A DNA stretch of 64,000 bases. It comes from Octopus bimaculoides (taxonomy: Eukaryota). The notes under the pieces are model-generated. The model was not told where the DNA came from. It did not search any database and saw only the letters and a list, made by a program, of their open reading frames with translations. The first letter of the stretch is position 1; every line of letters begins with the position of its first letter. Where the stretch lies: NCBI RefSeq assembly GCF_001194135.2, contig NC_068987.1:27703269-27767268 (forward strand), given 5' to 3'. Positions 22,794 through 35,056 of this stretch are shown here, in pieces. A program made the translations under genes and the position numbers.

Positions 22794-23547
22794 ACACACA
22801 TATAAACACACACACGCACACATAGAAATTTGTTGAGTTTTAGTGTTTTCCTCAAATCCTTCATAGCTTCTCAGATACATTCAGATTTCTAAAGCTTTCT
22901 ATTTAATAGTTACATAATTGATTCCAGACACGTAAACGTGGGGTGTAACTTTATTCTAGGACTGTTTATTTTTCTCATAAAAAAGGTGTAAAATCAATAT
23001 TTGATAAGTGTTTGAAGAAATTTAGACACAAGTGTACATTCATTCAAACAAACATGTACAAACACACTTATATGCATGAATGTGTGTCTATATGTGTGTG
23101 TATAAGTATGTATTGTTATATTTCGGGATGTTCATTTTAGGAAGCAAAATATACACACGCACTATATATTTGTTCTTCACTAGTTTATTATTTTTCTTTC
23201 TTTATCTGACATCTATTGTCTAGAAATCTTTCGTCACACATCTGTGACCTTGTGAGTGACACTTTCCACTGAAGAGATTGCTACCAAATCGATGTGTTAA
23301 CTTCTATCTACCAATATTGAGGACTTCATAGTTGAAGTGAGAAAAACAGCAATAGAAATTTCAACAATTATACGAAGATGATATAATGAATTCATTCTCT
23401 AAAGAAATACAGACGTTCCCCAGGAAAAATGATGTTTCTTTCTTCCAAAGAATGAAAGCACGCTTCAGAAATTAGTTCACAATATATATACATACACATA
23501 GACAAGCAGAATGACAGACAGACAGACACACACACACACACATACAC

Positions 23548-23771
23548 GGCGAGCTGGCAGAACCGTTAGCACACCGGGCGAAATACTTAGCGGTATTTCG
23601 TCTGCCCGCTACGTTCTGAGTTCAAATTCCGCCGAGGTCGACTTTACCTTTCATCCTTTCGGGATAGATTAAATAAGTACCAGTTACGCACTGGGGTCGA
23701 TATAATCGATTTAATCCGTTTGTCTGTCCTTGTTTGTCCCCTCTGTGTGTAGCCCCTTGTGGGTAGTAAAA

Positions 23772-23777
<6 letters not shown>
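23548..23777 (+). mobile_element. Well-preserved full-length tRNA-derived SINE inserted in a (CA)n tract
   Basis: GGCGAGCTGGCAGAACCGTTAGCAC...GAGTTCAAATTCC (B box)...CTTTCATCCTTTCGGG...TAAGTACCAGTTACGCACTGGGGTCGAT...GTGGGTAGTAAAAAAAATA, with CA repeats on both sides. Confidence 0.9.
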
Positions 23778-23828
<51 letters not shown>

Positions 23829-23830
23829 AA

Positions 23831-24016
23831 CTGGCATTCCGTCGGTTTCAGTTCTTGTACTAATTGATCCGATCAACTGAACAGCCTCTTTATGAAGCTA
23901 ACTTGCAAATGGCCGAGCACTCTACACTGACTATTACTCATAGCGTAGTTAATAGTTGGATTCTGCGTGATACACAGCGTAAGAGTACTGGCCCTTTTAA
24001 GTTAAAGGGACAGGTC
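23831..24016 (-). mobile_element. SINE/LINE 3' tail fragment, inverted relative to 22640-22793
   Basis: GATCCGATCAACTGAACAGCCT...AACTTGCAAATGGCCGAGCACTC...CTGCGTGATACACAG is the reverse complement of the tail of the 22422 element. Confidence 0.8.
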
Positions 24017-24864
24017 ACAAACTCACACAACAAGAAAAAATTACGAACGCTCACATGCACACAAACATACAAAAACACACACAGACACAGACACAAACAT
24101 GCATACAAGCTCACACACACATTCGACCAGCAAAGCCATTGAACTCAGTTGAAAGAGAATTGGATTTTCGGGTAGGATGTGGTGGAGAGATATTATGCAC
24201 AATTTTGATTGATTAAATTTGGGCCAAAACTTCGAAGTCATTGTCAATAATACTCTTTTTAATAATAAATTTGTACTGTGCCGAAAGTAGTGTGTAATGC
24301 TTCAGTTCAATGTTAAATTGCTTTCATTATAACACAAAAAACAAACATTAATGTATGTATTGATGCACATAAATATGTATATATTGTACATAAGTGTATT
24401 AAATTCTAATTTTCTTCGTGCAACCAAACCTCTGTGTGCGTCTGTGCATTTATGTAGATATATAAATGTATACATATATATGTGAGTGTGTTTGTGTGAG
24501 TGTGTGCGGGGTTGATTATATATGTGCATATATTTCCACATTTATATATATATATATAAATACACACACACACACACACACACACATAATATACAAAGCA
24601 ATTAACATAGAGCGGAACAGCTCATCGAGAAACTCCAAGCTCCTGCATATCGAAAGCATAAAAGCAATGCATTACAGTCTGATTATAGTTCGTTATATCA
24701 ACTAAGTGTATCTAACATTTAAATATATTTCGATAGTTCTGATTCATCCTGTGTTGTGCATATCATATAAATTATCTACCAATACCGTATAGTCTATAAA
24801 CAGACTTGTCTGTGTCACGAGGAAGATCACTTTGCAACCAAGTAGTTTCGGGTTCAGACTTGCA

Positions 24865-25428
24865 AGGCCCCGCTTCCAAAATTCACTTGTCCGCCACGAA
24901 AAATATTTTTCCAGTACTCTTTTGACCACGTCTACGGAATTCCTATGTTTTCGGTCCAAATGATTTTGAAGACTGCGGATTAAATGATAATAAGACGGAG
25001 CAACGTCTGGCGAATGTGGTGAATGAAACATCGTTTCCCATTGAAACTACTTCAGCCTTTGGAATATCATCCTCACTGTATGTGGCCAAGCATTATCCTG
25101 ATGGAAGAGCACCTTTCATCTTGAAACCAAATATGGTTGTTTTTCTCCTAGTGCTGACTTGAATGACTGGTTGAATGACGAAATTCAAGCTCTCTGCTAG
25201 TTCCTCAACAGTTACGATGAGATTTTGTTCCACCATGGGTTGAAGGAAATCCTTGTCGGGTTCCACAGATCTTTCAGGACAAGGTTCATCTTCTAGGCTC
25301 TAGTTTCCGGGTCTGAACTTATAGAATCACTACTGACACTGGACTACGCTTATTGTCCGATCCCCATATACTACATTAATATTTTTCGCACTTTCCGCTG
25401 CGGTCTTGCCGTTATTGAACTCATGAGG
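24865..25428 (-). mobile_element. Internally deleted mariner element, 5' end lost in a gap
   Basis: Minus strand: NINVVYGDRTISVVQCQ (HTH region) joined through a deletion to VLFHQDNAWPH...HSPHSPDVAPSYYHLIRSLQNHL, the mariner D34D catalytic motifs (DNAxPH, YSPDLAPxD). Confidence 0.85.
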
Positions 25429-26619
25429 NNNNNNNNNNNNNNNNNNNNNNNNNNNNNNNNNNNNNNNNNNNNNNNNNNNNNNNNNNNNNNNNNNNNNNNN
25501 NNNNNNNNNNNNNNNNNNNNNNNNNNNNNNNNNNNNNNNNNNNNNNNNNNNNNNNNNNNNNNNNNNNNNNNNNNNNNNNNNNNNNNNNNNNNNNNNNNNN
25601 NNNNNNNNNNNNNNNNNNNNNNNNNNNNNNNNNNNNNNNNNNNNNNNNNNNNNNNNNNNNNNNNNNNNNNNNNNNNNNNNNNNNNNNNNNNNNNNNNNNN
25701 NNNNNNNNNNNNNNNNNNNNNNNNNNNNNNNNNNNNNNNNNNNNNNNNNNNNNNNNNNNNNNNNNNNNNNNNNNNNNNNNNNNNNNNNNNNNNNNNNNNN
25801 NNNNNNNNNNNNNNNNNNNNNNNNNNNNNNNNNNNNNNNNNNNNNNNNNNNNNNNNNNNNNNNNNNNNNNNNNNNNNNNNNNNNNNNNNNNNNNNNNNNN
25901 NNNNNNNNNNNNNNNNNNNNNNNNNNNNNNNNNNNNNNNNNNNNNNNNNNTATATATATATATATATATATGGCGTTGGTTTCTTTTCACACCTGTTCTT
26001 AATTATTCTGTAAAAGCGAACGATAGAATAATATACCAATAAGTAATGCAAACTAAGAAACCTCTTCCAAATATACATTCCGGCATAATCTCTTCAATTT
26101 ACACAGCTATTAGCCTCTTCGAGCAAACAAAACAATACGGTAAGGTAACTAACTCTCTCTTACAGCATATCCTTCTATCTTTCTACACCTTCTTCCATCT
26201 TTCATCTAGTTGTATATTTATATCAAACATTTATAACACAGTTTGTCCACAGCTTACCCACAGGTTTGATATTTACTTATACTTAGTTGAAATGTGTGAA
26301 AATAGCGTCAATTAACCCTACGTCCCTTCTTCCTACGAACATAATTTCCTCTGGTTAATTGCGCTCCATACTACGTTGTTTAAGCGAAGCATTTCATTTC
26401 ATGATGCTCTCACCTGCTCAACAAAAATGAGTACCAGCTGACTGCTGCTACAGGACTCTTTTCCTCTCCAGGTATCACAATTCGAATGTTCCATTGGGTA
26501 AAGAGGATCGAAAGATCACAACTGCACAGGCACAATTATGGAACACATGGTGTTACCTTCCAGGTCAAACTGATTTGCAAGTGACATATTTTCTCTTTTC
26601 TATTACTTTGTACCATGTG

Positions 26620-26987
26620 GTGTTGGTTTTTAGACCCAGTCTATAACACGTTGGGCTAGTGACTTCTACTATAGGACCTAACCGAGCAAAGACTCGTGAT
26701 TGGATTTGGTAGACGGAAATGGAAAGAAGCGTATTTTTTTTTATATACATGCATAAACATATGTATGCATGTATATATAAATGTATGTATGTATATACGA
26801 GTACGATTGCATATCTATGTGTGTGTCTTTGTGTTTGCATTTGACCCCCTTGCCCTGATTAGTGGTTCGGAAAAACGAGACCAATGTAATAAGTACCACA
26901 CTTCGGAATAAATGCTAAGGTCGAATAACCTATTCAAAGCAGTGCTCCAGCATGACTACAGTCCAGAGACAGAAAGAAGTAAAGGAC
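26620..26987 (+). mobile_element. Decayed modular SINE (CORE-like segment, GT tract, tail)
   Basis: TTGGGCTAGTGACTTCTACTATAG, GGATTTGGTAGACGGAAA, TAATAAGTACCA, AAAGCAGTGCTCCAGCATGACTACAG; collinear with 9235-9591. Confidence 0.75.
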
Positions 26988-27246
26988 AACATTTCATGAT
27001 TTCATATTTGAAAAATATTAAACTTACAAAGATTTACACTTCAAACATTAACAACTTTGTAGATACTGACTCATATGACATTATGTTAGTGTATAAGTTA
27101 ACAGAGCTATATGTAAGAATATTTTTCCTTCCAAAGAAGACAGGCAGATTTGTAGTTATATTATCCAATTAGATTCACACTATGTGTGCGCGTGCGTCCA
27201 AGTTTCACTCTAATTTTTCTTTTTTTTCTTTTTTGGCGTATATGTA

Positions 27247-27247
27247 C

Positions 27248-27301
<54 letters not shown>

Positions 27302-27338
27302 GCATATATGCATATGTATATATATATATATATATATA
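27247..27338. repeat. (TAGA)n plus (AT)n microsatellite running into a gap
   Basis: Read directly. Confidence 0.95.
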
Positions 27339-27987
27339 NNNNNNNNNNNNNNNNNNNNNNNNNNNNNNNNNNNNNNNNNNNNNNNNNNNNNNNNNNNNNN
27401 NNNNNNNNNNNNNNNNNNNNNNNNNNNNNNNNNNNNNNNNNNNNNNNNNNNNNNNNNNNNNNNNNNNNNNNNNNNNNNNNNNNNNNNNNNNNNNNNNNNN
27501 NNNNNNNNNNNNNNNNNNNNNNNNNNNNNNNNNNNNNNNNNNNNNNNNNNNNNNNNNNNNNNNNNNNNNNNNNNNNNNNNNNNNNNNNNNNNNNNNNNNN
27601 NNNNNNNNNNNNNNNNNNNNNNNNNNNNNNNNNNNNNNNNNNNNNNNNNNNNNNNNNNNNNNNNNNNNNNNNNNNNNNNNNNNNNNNNNNNNNNNNNNNN
27701 NNNNNNNNNNNNNNNNNNNNNNNNNNNNNNNNNNNNNNNNNNNNNNNNNNNNNNNNNNNNNNNNNNNNNNNNNNNNNNNNNNNNNNNNNNNNNNNNNNNN
27801 NNNNNNNNNNNNNNNNNNNNNNNNNNNNNNNNNNNNNNNNNNNNNNNNNNNNNNNNNNNNNNNNNNNNNNNNNNNNNNNNNNNNNNNNNNNNNNNNNNNN
27901 NNNNNNNNNNNNNNNNNNNNNNNNNNNNNNNNNNNNNNNNNNNNNNNNNNNNNNNNNNNNNNNNNNNNNNNNNNNNNNNNNNNNNNN

Positions 27988-28033
<46 letters not shown>

Positions 28034-28356
28034 ATATATATATACATTCATATATATATATATACATTCATATATATATACATACATGTATATAGGACAA
28101 ATAGCGAGGGATTATTAATCCGGATAAAGTACTTTATGAACTTTCTTTTATCACACAAGGCTAACTATATTACTGAGATTAGCAAAGAACTCCAGGTAAT
28201 CTTGTGGGAGGTTCCACTGTTACGGTTCATCACAATTCCATATTCTAAATCCTTCGATGGGCTCCAGACAAACTAGCTTTTTGTGAAGATTTTAGAACAT
28301 TTATAAGTAGAAGGTTCTAAAATCATCACAGCCTTGGTTTTTATGTTATTCGGAAA

Positions 28357-28392
<36 letters not shown>

Positions 28393-29222
28393 ACAAATAT
28401 ATATCTATATGTATGTATATATATATATGTATGCATGTATGTTTGCGTGTGTGTATGTGTATGTAAGTATTTGCCCACAAGTAAGCAAATACGAGCAGAA
28501 TAAGGTGACAAAAATAGAGTTACTGAAGCCGAAAATACTTCACAAATTGCTACTTAGAGTTTCACGTAACCGTCTATCAAATTGTGCCTTTACTTTAGTT
28601 TTCAGGAACACCAACTTAACAAATGCGCATTTATTTAAAGCTTATTTGACCACTACTCTTAAATTAACGGTGTGCAATTAGATGAAAGGAGTTTTTTCTT
28701 TGTTCTTTCTGTCTCTTTCTGACTCACAGTGATTTGTTTTTCTATTTCCTTTTCTTCTCTTTCTTTCTCATATTATTTGTAGTTTATTTGTTTTAATTTC
28801 AACTATAGATTTTTATTTTTATTATCATTTTACTATCATATTCTATTTTATTTACTAGCAATTACTTATTCTTGATATATTCTGTCTTCTCTTTGTGCTT
28901 TTCACCCGCACCTACAACATATATTTTTATAAATACTTTTTCGATTCGTCAACATTTAAAATTTTTCCGTTGCGTCAATCCCATTGCACCATTATTTTGA
29001 ATTAGCTGCTTAATGAAATGTAAATTATTATTGCTTGAATTCGTATCCATGAACACTTGCATATACTTGACGTCTTTAAATTCCTCTCTGTCAAAATAAC
29101 CGCAATTGTCTGATGAACGTTACATGAAACTTCGAGTAACATCATGTGAATACTTTCTCCCCTTCAATGAACAATTATTTTTTTGTGTGACTATGCTTGT
29201 ATATATACATACATACATACAT

Positions 29223-29294
<72 letters not shown>

Positions 29295-30336
29295 TTACAT
29301 TATACATAAACACACACACACACACACACATATATCTAAATGCATATGTGTATATGTATGATATATATGCACTAGCCGACGGCCAAGTGTAATATTTTAT
29401 ATATAAATAAGGTAAAAACCAAGTTTTTAGCTTAATAATTCTTCTATTTTCAATTCTTTTGTGAAAATCTATCCATAATTAACATCCCTTGACTGCTTGT
29501 TTCCTTCAAAAGAATTTTTAAGTTTTCCTTCCTTCTTGAACGACCTAAGGCCACATAAAGTTGGCCGTGACTAAGTACGGCGGCTAGCAAGTAAATACCA
29601 AGAGGTCGCTGTTCAAGTTCCTTATCTTATTGTGAAAGTGGAGGGTTCCCTTGTTCTTTCCTATTCATGGCTGTTCAGCATTTGGAAGATTGTAAGAGTT
29701 TCAGTCAAATGTGTAACTTTGCGCTTGTTATAAAAGTATTAGAAATGAGGTTTACACTTGCCCCATAAACTTCTAGCATAATTTAGATCCGCACGAGACT
29801 TACGAAACAAATATTAAACGGATGCCTATGGATTTGACACTCTACAAAGACAATAATATTAGTCAACTTTCTCAAATACAGGAGGTTTGTGAAGTCACAA
29901 AAATGATTTTATAGCCCTGTCACTGTGTATATCCAAATGTTTTTATCCACTAGCACCATGCAAGACAATGGTACAGTCAGAAAAAGTTTTGACGCGGGAA
30001 GCGGAACACCCTTATATATATATATATATATATNNNNNNNNNNNNNNNNNNNNNNNNNNNNNNNNNNNNNNNNNNNNNNNNNNNNNNNNNNNNNNNNNNN
30101 NNNNNNNNNNNNNNNNNNNNNNNNNNNNNNNNNNNNNNNNNNNNNNNNNNNNNNNNNNNNNNNNNNNNNNNNNNNNNNNNNNNNNNNNNNNNNNNNNNNN
30201 NNNNNNNNNNNNNNNNNNNNNNNNNNNNNNNNNNNNNNNNNNNNNNNNNNNNNNNNNNNNNNNNNNNNNNNNNNNNNNNNNNNNNNNNNNNNNNNNNNNN
30301 NNNNNNNNNNNNNNNNNNNNNNNNNNNNNNNNNNNN

Positions 30337-30388
<52 letters not shown>

Positions 30389-33086
30389 CATATACATATA
30401 TATGTATATACACACATATAATATATAACATATATCATTTCTAGTGTGTATAATTGTATGCGTGTGATAGCTCATGCAGGCCTGACAAGATCATTCGTTT
30501 GCGAGTAATGGTGAAAGTAATGATGCATTAAATTTGAAGCGGATGTAATTATAATTTAATTTTTAAGTTTTGTTTTTATATATGACTCTTAAAATATAAT
30601 TAACTTGAAAAATAATATAGATGGCGTAGCAGAGAAATTGAAATCCGGTTGGATAGCAGCGCCTTTTAGTAAGAGAGCAACTTATTAATAGCATGTTTTT
30701 AAGAATTTTATTCGTCCTCTATATACAGTCTAATATCGGCTCATTATATCATCATAGCAACATGTACGTGCGCGCTTGCCTGTGTGTGTGTTTGCGCGTA
30801 TGAGTATAATGTATAGAGATTGCATCGTTGAAATATTAAGAAACTAATAAATCCTACGACCAACTATTAATCAGAGACTTAGAAAGCTTCGGCTTGTCAC
30901 AATCACTCTTCGACAAAGTATATTTTCATCAAAGTATCGGAATACTAACATTTTAAAGAAAGTGTAATATTCGTTTTAAGTTTCATTCTATCACTCTACC
31001 TTAAAAGTGTGGAAGAATATCATGATCGTTGAAAGCTACTTGACATTGCTATGAACCGTTAATTTTAAGCTGCCTGACATTGCTAACCACAGTTATATCG
31101 CATTAAACCTTAGTGAAACCCTTTCCAATGTTTCACTTATGAATTACCTTTAGTCAATATCCTGGTATGACATCATAGCACCTCACGCATTTCTACTTAA
31201 ATACTTTCGAAATCCATACTTATTTGGTAACGGGAAATTCCTTTGTAACTAGAAGGACGTTGGGTGACTAAGGATCGACATATGTCGCACAACAATTGGA
31301 AGTTTTTCTTATTTTTGTTTTTGATTTCAGTACACTCACTTGCATCGAGTGTTGGATTCTTGATATAATGATCTATAATAGTTTTTCACAATTCATTCAA
31401 TGTATGAGCATTTTCTTACCACATTTCTGCAGTCGTCAAGATATATTAAGATTACTGCTGCACACCGCCTTATCTGTTTGTATTCCTCTGATCTCGCTAT
31501 ATATTTACCATAAAAATCTTCGCCACTCGTTATCAGTCCTAGTAGAAGTTTCCCTCTATTAAACTCCTATCTAAGCAACAAGTATACTCTGGGCACTGCA
31601 TACAACAAAAACTTTTCAAGGATGCCTCATCATCAGATATTCAAGTTAAAAATTGATCAACATCAGTAGTATTAGTGTTGGCCGCATTTGATGGCTATTA
31701 CCCCTGAATAATGAAATGAATAAAAAAAAAAAAAAGAATGTGCGAACACAGATGATACAGCAAAAGAGAAGCTAAAACACAAATTTTTAATGTATTGTCA
31801 AAATAATAAATACACTGAAATCGATATATCTCGGTCTACCCAATGATATTATCTAAGCACTTTACTTGGATGCTGGTGGTTCGGTAACTGCTTCGTCCCA
31901 TCCGATCGTTAAGCAACTAATTCTTCGTGGTTATTGAACACACAGGCGTTATTTACTCATTATAACTACCACTAATTCCGGAAAAACTGTTCTTTTGACT
32001 CTACCTAATATCGGCTAGTTATACTTATTTCGAACAGCTTAAGTATGAGGAGAGCAGTTGCTAACATACCTCTGTCCAACAGCTCGAGTCACCTCAGCAG
32101 TGACCGATATACCGTAGAGTGATAAATGTATGTCACCCATGATCCGGAAATTCTCCTTTGTAACATGATAATCTTTTGTCTTGCCGTCCTCTTGGGACTT
32201 CATAAAACTCTTTACTGTGACAAAGCCTCTTGTCAGTCTGCATCAGCGTGAGCTAAAGATCCTTACGAAATATTTAATTGTGCTGTAAGCTCTCTTCACT
32301 GCGTACATTATGAACCTCAGCGAAAGCAGACGGAATCACATCTCATTCTTCATTTACCTTCCAAAAATCTACCTCAACTACTTGTAATCTATAGCTGCAT
32401 GAGAAGAATTTTCGAAAAAGACAAGAAGCAATCAAAACGAGTAAAAACCGTTACAAATGCTAGGCCTCAAAATCATAGCTGATGATTGCGAGAGATTTCA
32501 TATCTACGATATGGTATTATGTGCACTCGAAAGACAAACATTCATTAATATTTTAGTCCTCAACAGCTGCGCCGGAACTCGAGAATCTCAAATAAATAAA
32601 ATGTAACAGTGCACCCAAATAAGCAATAGTAATGCGACTACAAACATGCAAATAATCACACGTGCTAGACTACATCATACTGTGACTCACACAAGATGAG
32701 AGTGTAACCTTTAACCCATATACAAGGAGTCCCCTTACATACATTATTGAAAGACTACACCGTGACTTTCGCTTATGTGACAGCTTTCTACTTCAACCAC
32801 TCTTAACATAGCCATACATGGATTTTTTTTTCTATTTCAAATTTTTGCATATCTAGTCTTCCTCTTCTAATTTGTTTTCTATTTCACAACGTTTTTATTT
32901 TTGGCTCTATCACCTCCTATCTACGTATTGCTTGTCACGTTACTTTGCGCTCTCAATCAGTTTCTACCGGTGGGTTAATTACAGAACATCCAAAACTATT
33001 CTACCCTTCGTTCTTCTCAACAGAAAGTCTTCCCATCTCGATCTTTCTTTTTCCCTTTCTTTCCTTCTTATTTTCTGTCTCTTTTA

Positions 33087-33088
<2 letters not shown>

Positions 33089-33130
<42 letters not shown>
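33089..33130. repeat. (CT)n microsatellite
   Basis: Read directly. Confidence 0.95.
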
Positions 33131-33133
<3 letters not shown>

Positions 33134-33147
33134 CTTCTCTCTCTGAG

Positions 33148-33430
33148 TGGCACTCTGTTGCTTACGGTGACATTGGTTCATGCTGATGTGATCAAGAGAA
33201 CACCCGGCCCATGAATTAACATACAACTGGCTGAGTACTCCACAGATACGCGTAATCTCAACGTAGTTCTCAGGAAGTTTCAGCGTGACACACTACTCAC
33301 TTTTTGCCAGTTGAGTCTATTGGAGTGACGTGAAATAAAGTGTCTTGCTCGAGGACACAATGCGCTGCAGAGAATCGAACTCGGAACCTAGCGATCGTGA
33401 GCCGAATACGCTAACCACTAAACCACGCAT
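33148..33430 (-). mobile_element. tRNA-derived SINE (head, CORE-like segment, LINE-like tail)
   Basis: Reverse complement: TGCGTGGTTTAGTGGTTAGCGTATTCGGCTC...GAGTTCGATTC (A and B boxes), TTGTGTCCTCGAGCAAGACACTTTATTTCACGT, then the tail shared with the 22422 element. Confidence 0.85.
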
Positions 33431-34999
33431 TTCCATATTTATACGTGTGTGTAGGGAGAGCGAATGTGTGCGTGTGTGTTTGTTTGTGTGAGTGTGTGTG
33501 CGTGTGTATGTGTACGTGATGTGCGTTTTGTGTACCAATATATATTGCAGCTAGATTTGTACCAAGATATCTGAAATTTTATATAGAGCACATCATCCTA
33601 TATGTGAAAAGTAAGTCGTGTTGATTCACTCTATAAACCCCGAGGAACAAGGGACACTGCATATAATATATTAAAATAAAAATTGTATCATTTTCTTGGT
33701 ACACTAATTGCCGTTCCTAAATGAAATTGCATCTTATTCTAAATAACGACTGATATATAAATTCCATCTTCAATATCAGCAGATAACAATATGCCCATCA
33801 TCTAGAAAGTATCTTTGATATATTTTCCAATGTCTGTCTCACTTGCGTGTTTTGACAAGACTGCAGCTGAATGATATATACTTCGTTTCTCAAACACTAT
33901 AACGACTCAGTTCCAATACTTGTGTCGCAATACCGACCAAAAGAAGCATCAAATTCCTCGAACACACAATTCTGAGTAATCTCCCATAGGCACGTCATTT
34001 GCATATTTCTGTATTTGTAATCCGGAATGGATATTGCTTCATATAAAAAATGCGCTCATTTAATTTCTGCTCTTTTTGCCTCATTCAGTTAAAAGCTTTG
34101 ACACCAGTTTCCTATATAATATTAATGAAGAAATTTAAATATATTGCCACTGCAATGATTTCAATAGTACTTCTACACTTCATAGAAGATTCATGGTTCC
34201 TACATCAAAATCAGCTTGTCGACTAGCCACCGAAGTAACGCGTCTTCGTTACGTAGCCCAGTCAACTGGACCCATGCCAACCTATGCCAACCTGTTGGTT
34301 TTCCAAGACAAATGAAGAAACGAATGAAGAAGTCATGCAACAGGCTTGCGTACTCTTCAGACAATTTGGTCCCGCAGACCAACCCAAGGACAAAGTGGTG
34401 CTGTTAAGCGAACTTGAATCGCAAAGCTTGTGTCAGTCAGACACCTCGGTAAAATATGCTTGTTCAAATTATCACACAGTGGCATACAACCTAGAACGAG
34501 GTGATAGAAGGGAAAAATTAATTAATTGCAAAGAAGATATATTGATTCCCGATAACACAGTAAAATGTAAATAGGTTGTTTTTTCTTGTTAACGTTCTGG
34601 TTAGTAATTATAAGAGAGACCCATGATCAAGGTAATTCTAGACATGACACTGCTATTTTTTAACCCCTGAATGAAAAAATGAAGTGAACACAGAATATGG
34701 ATTACAAGAAGAAGACATCCAACATAACACACATGCACTTCATTCGCCTAAAAGTCGGTTCAAATTCCCCATGGGAACGAGGGAAAAGATTATTTCTATC
34801 AAATAACACATTCTGATAATGAGATTAAATTTAATATACTGCAAAACAATAACGCAACGTATTTAGACTATATGTATTTTTGCATGCATATTCGTTGGTA
34901 CATGTATGCATATGTAAGTGTTTATATTTAAGAATGCATGTACACACATGCATGTATATATATATATATATTCTATGTATATGTATGAATGCATAAACT

Positions 35000-35056
<57 letters not shown>

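Noticed and set aside
30482-30516. CTGACAAG-stem-GAAA hammerhead-like pattern
   Set aside because: G8 is missing and there is no stem III or NUH triplet after GAAA.
32070-32235. Minus-strand open stretch (MKSQEDGKTKDYHV...AVGQ) ending at ag|gtatgt
   Set aside because: No similarity to carbonic anhydrase or any family I recognise, and there is an in-frame stop just upstream.
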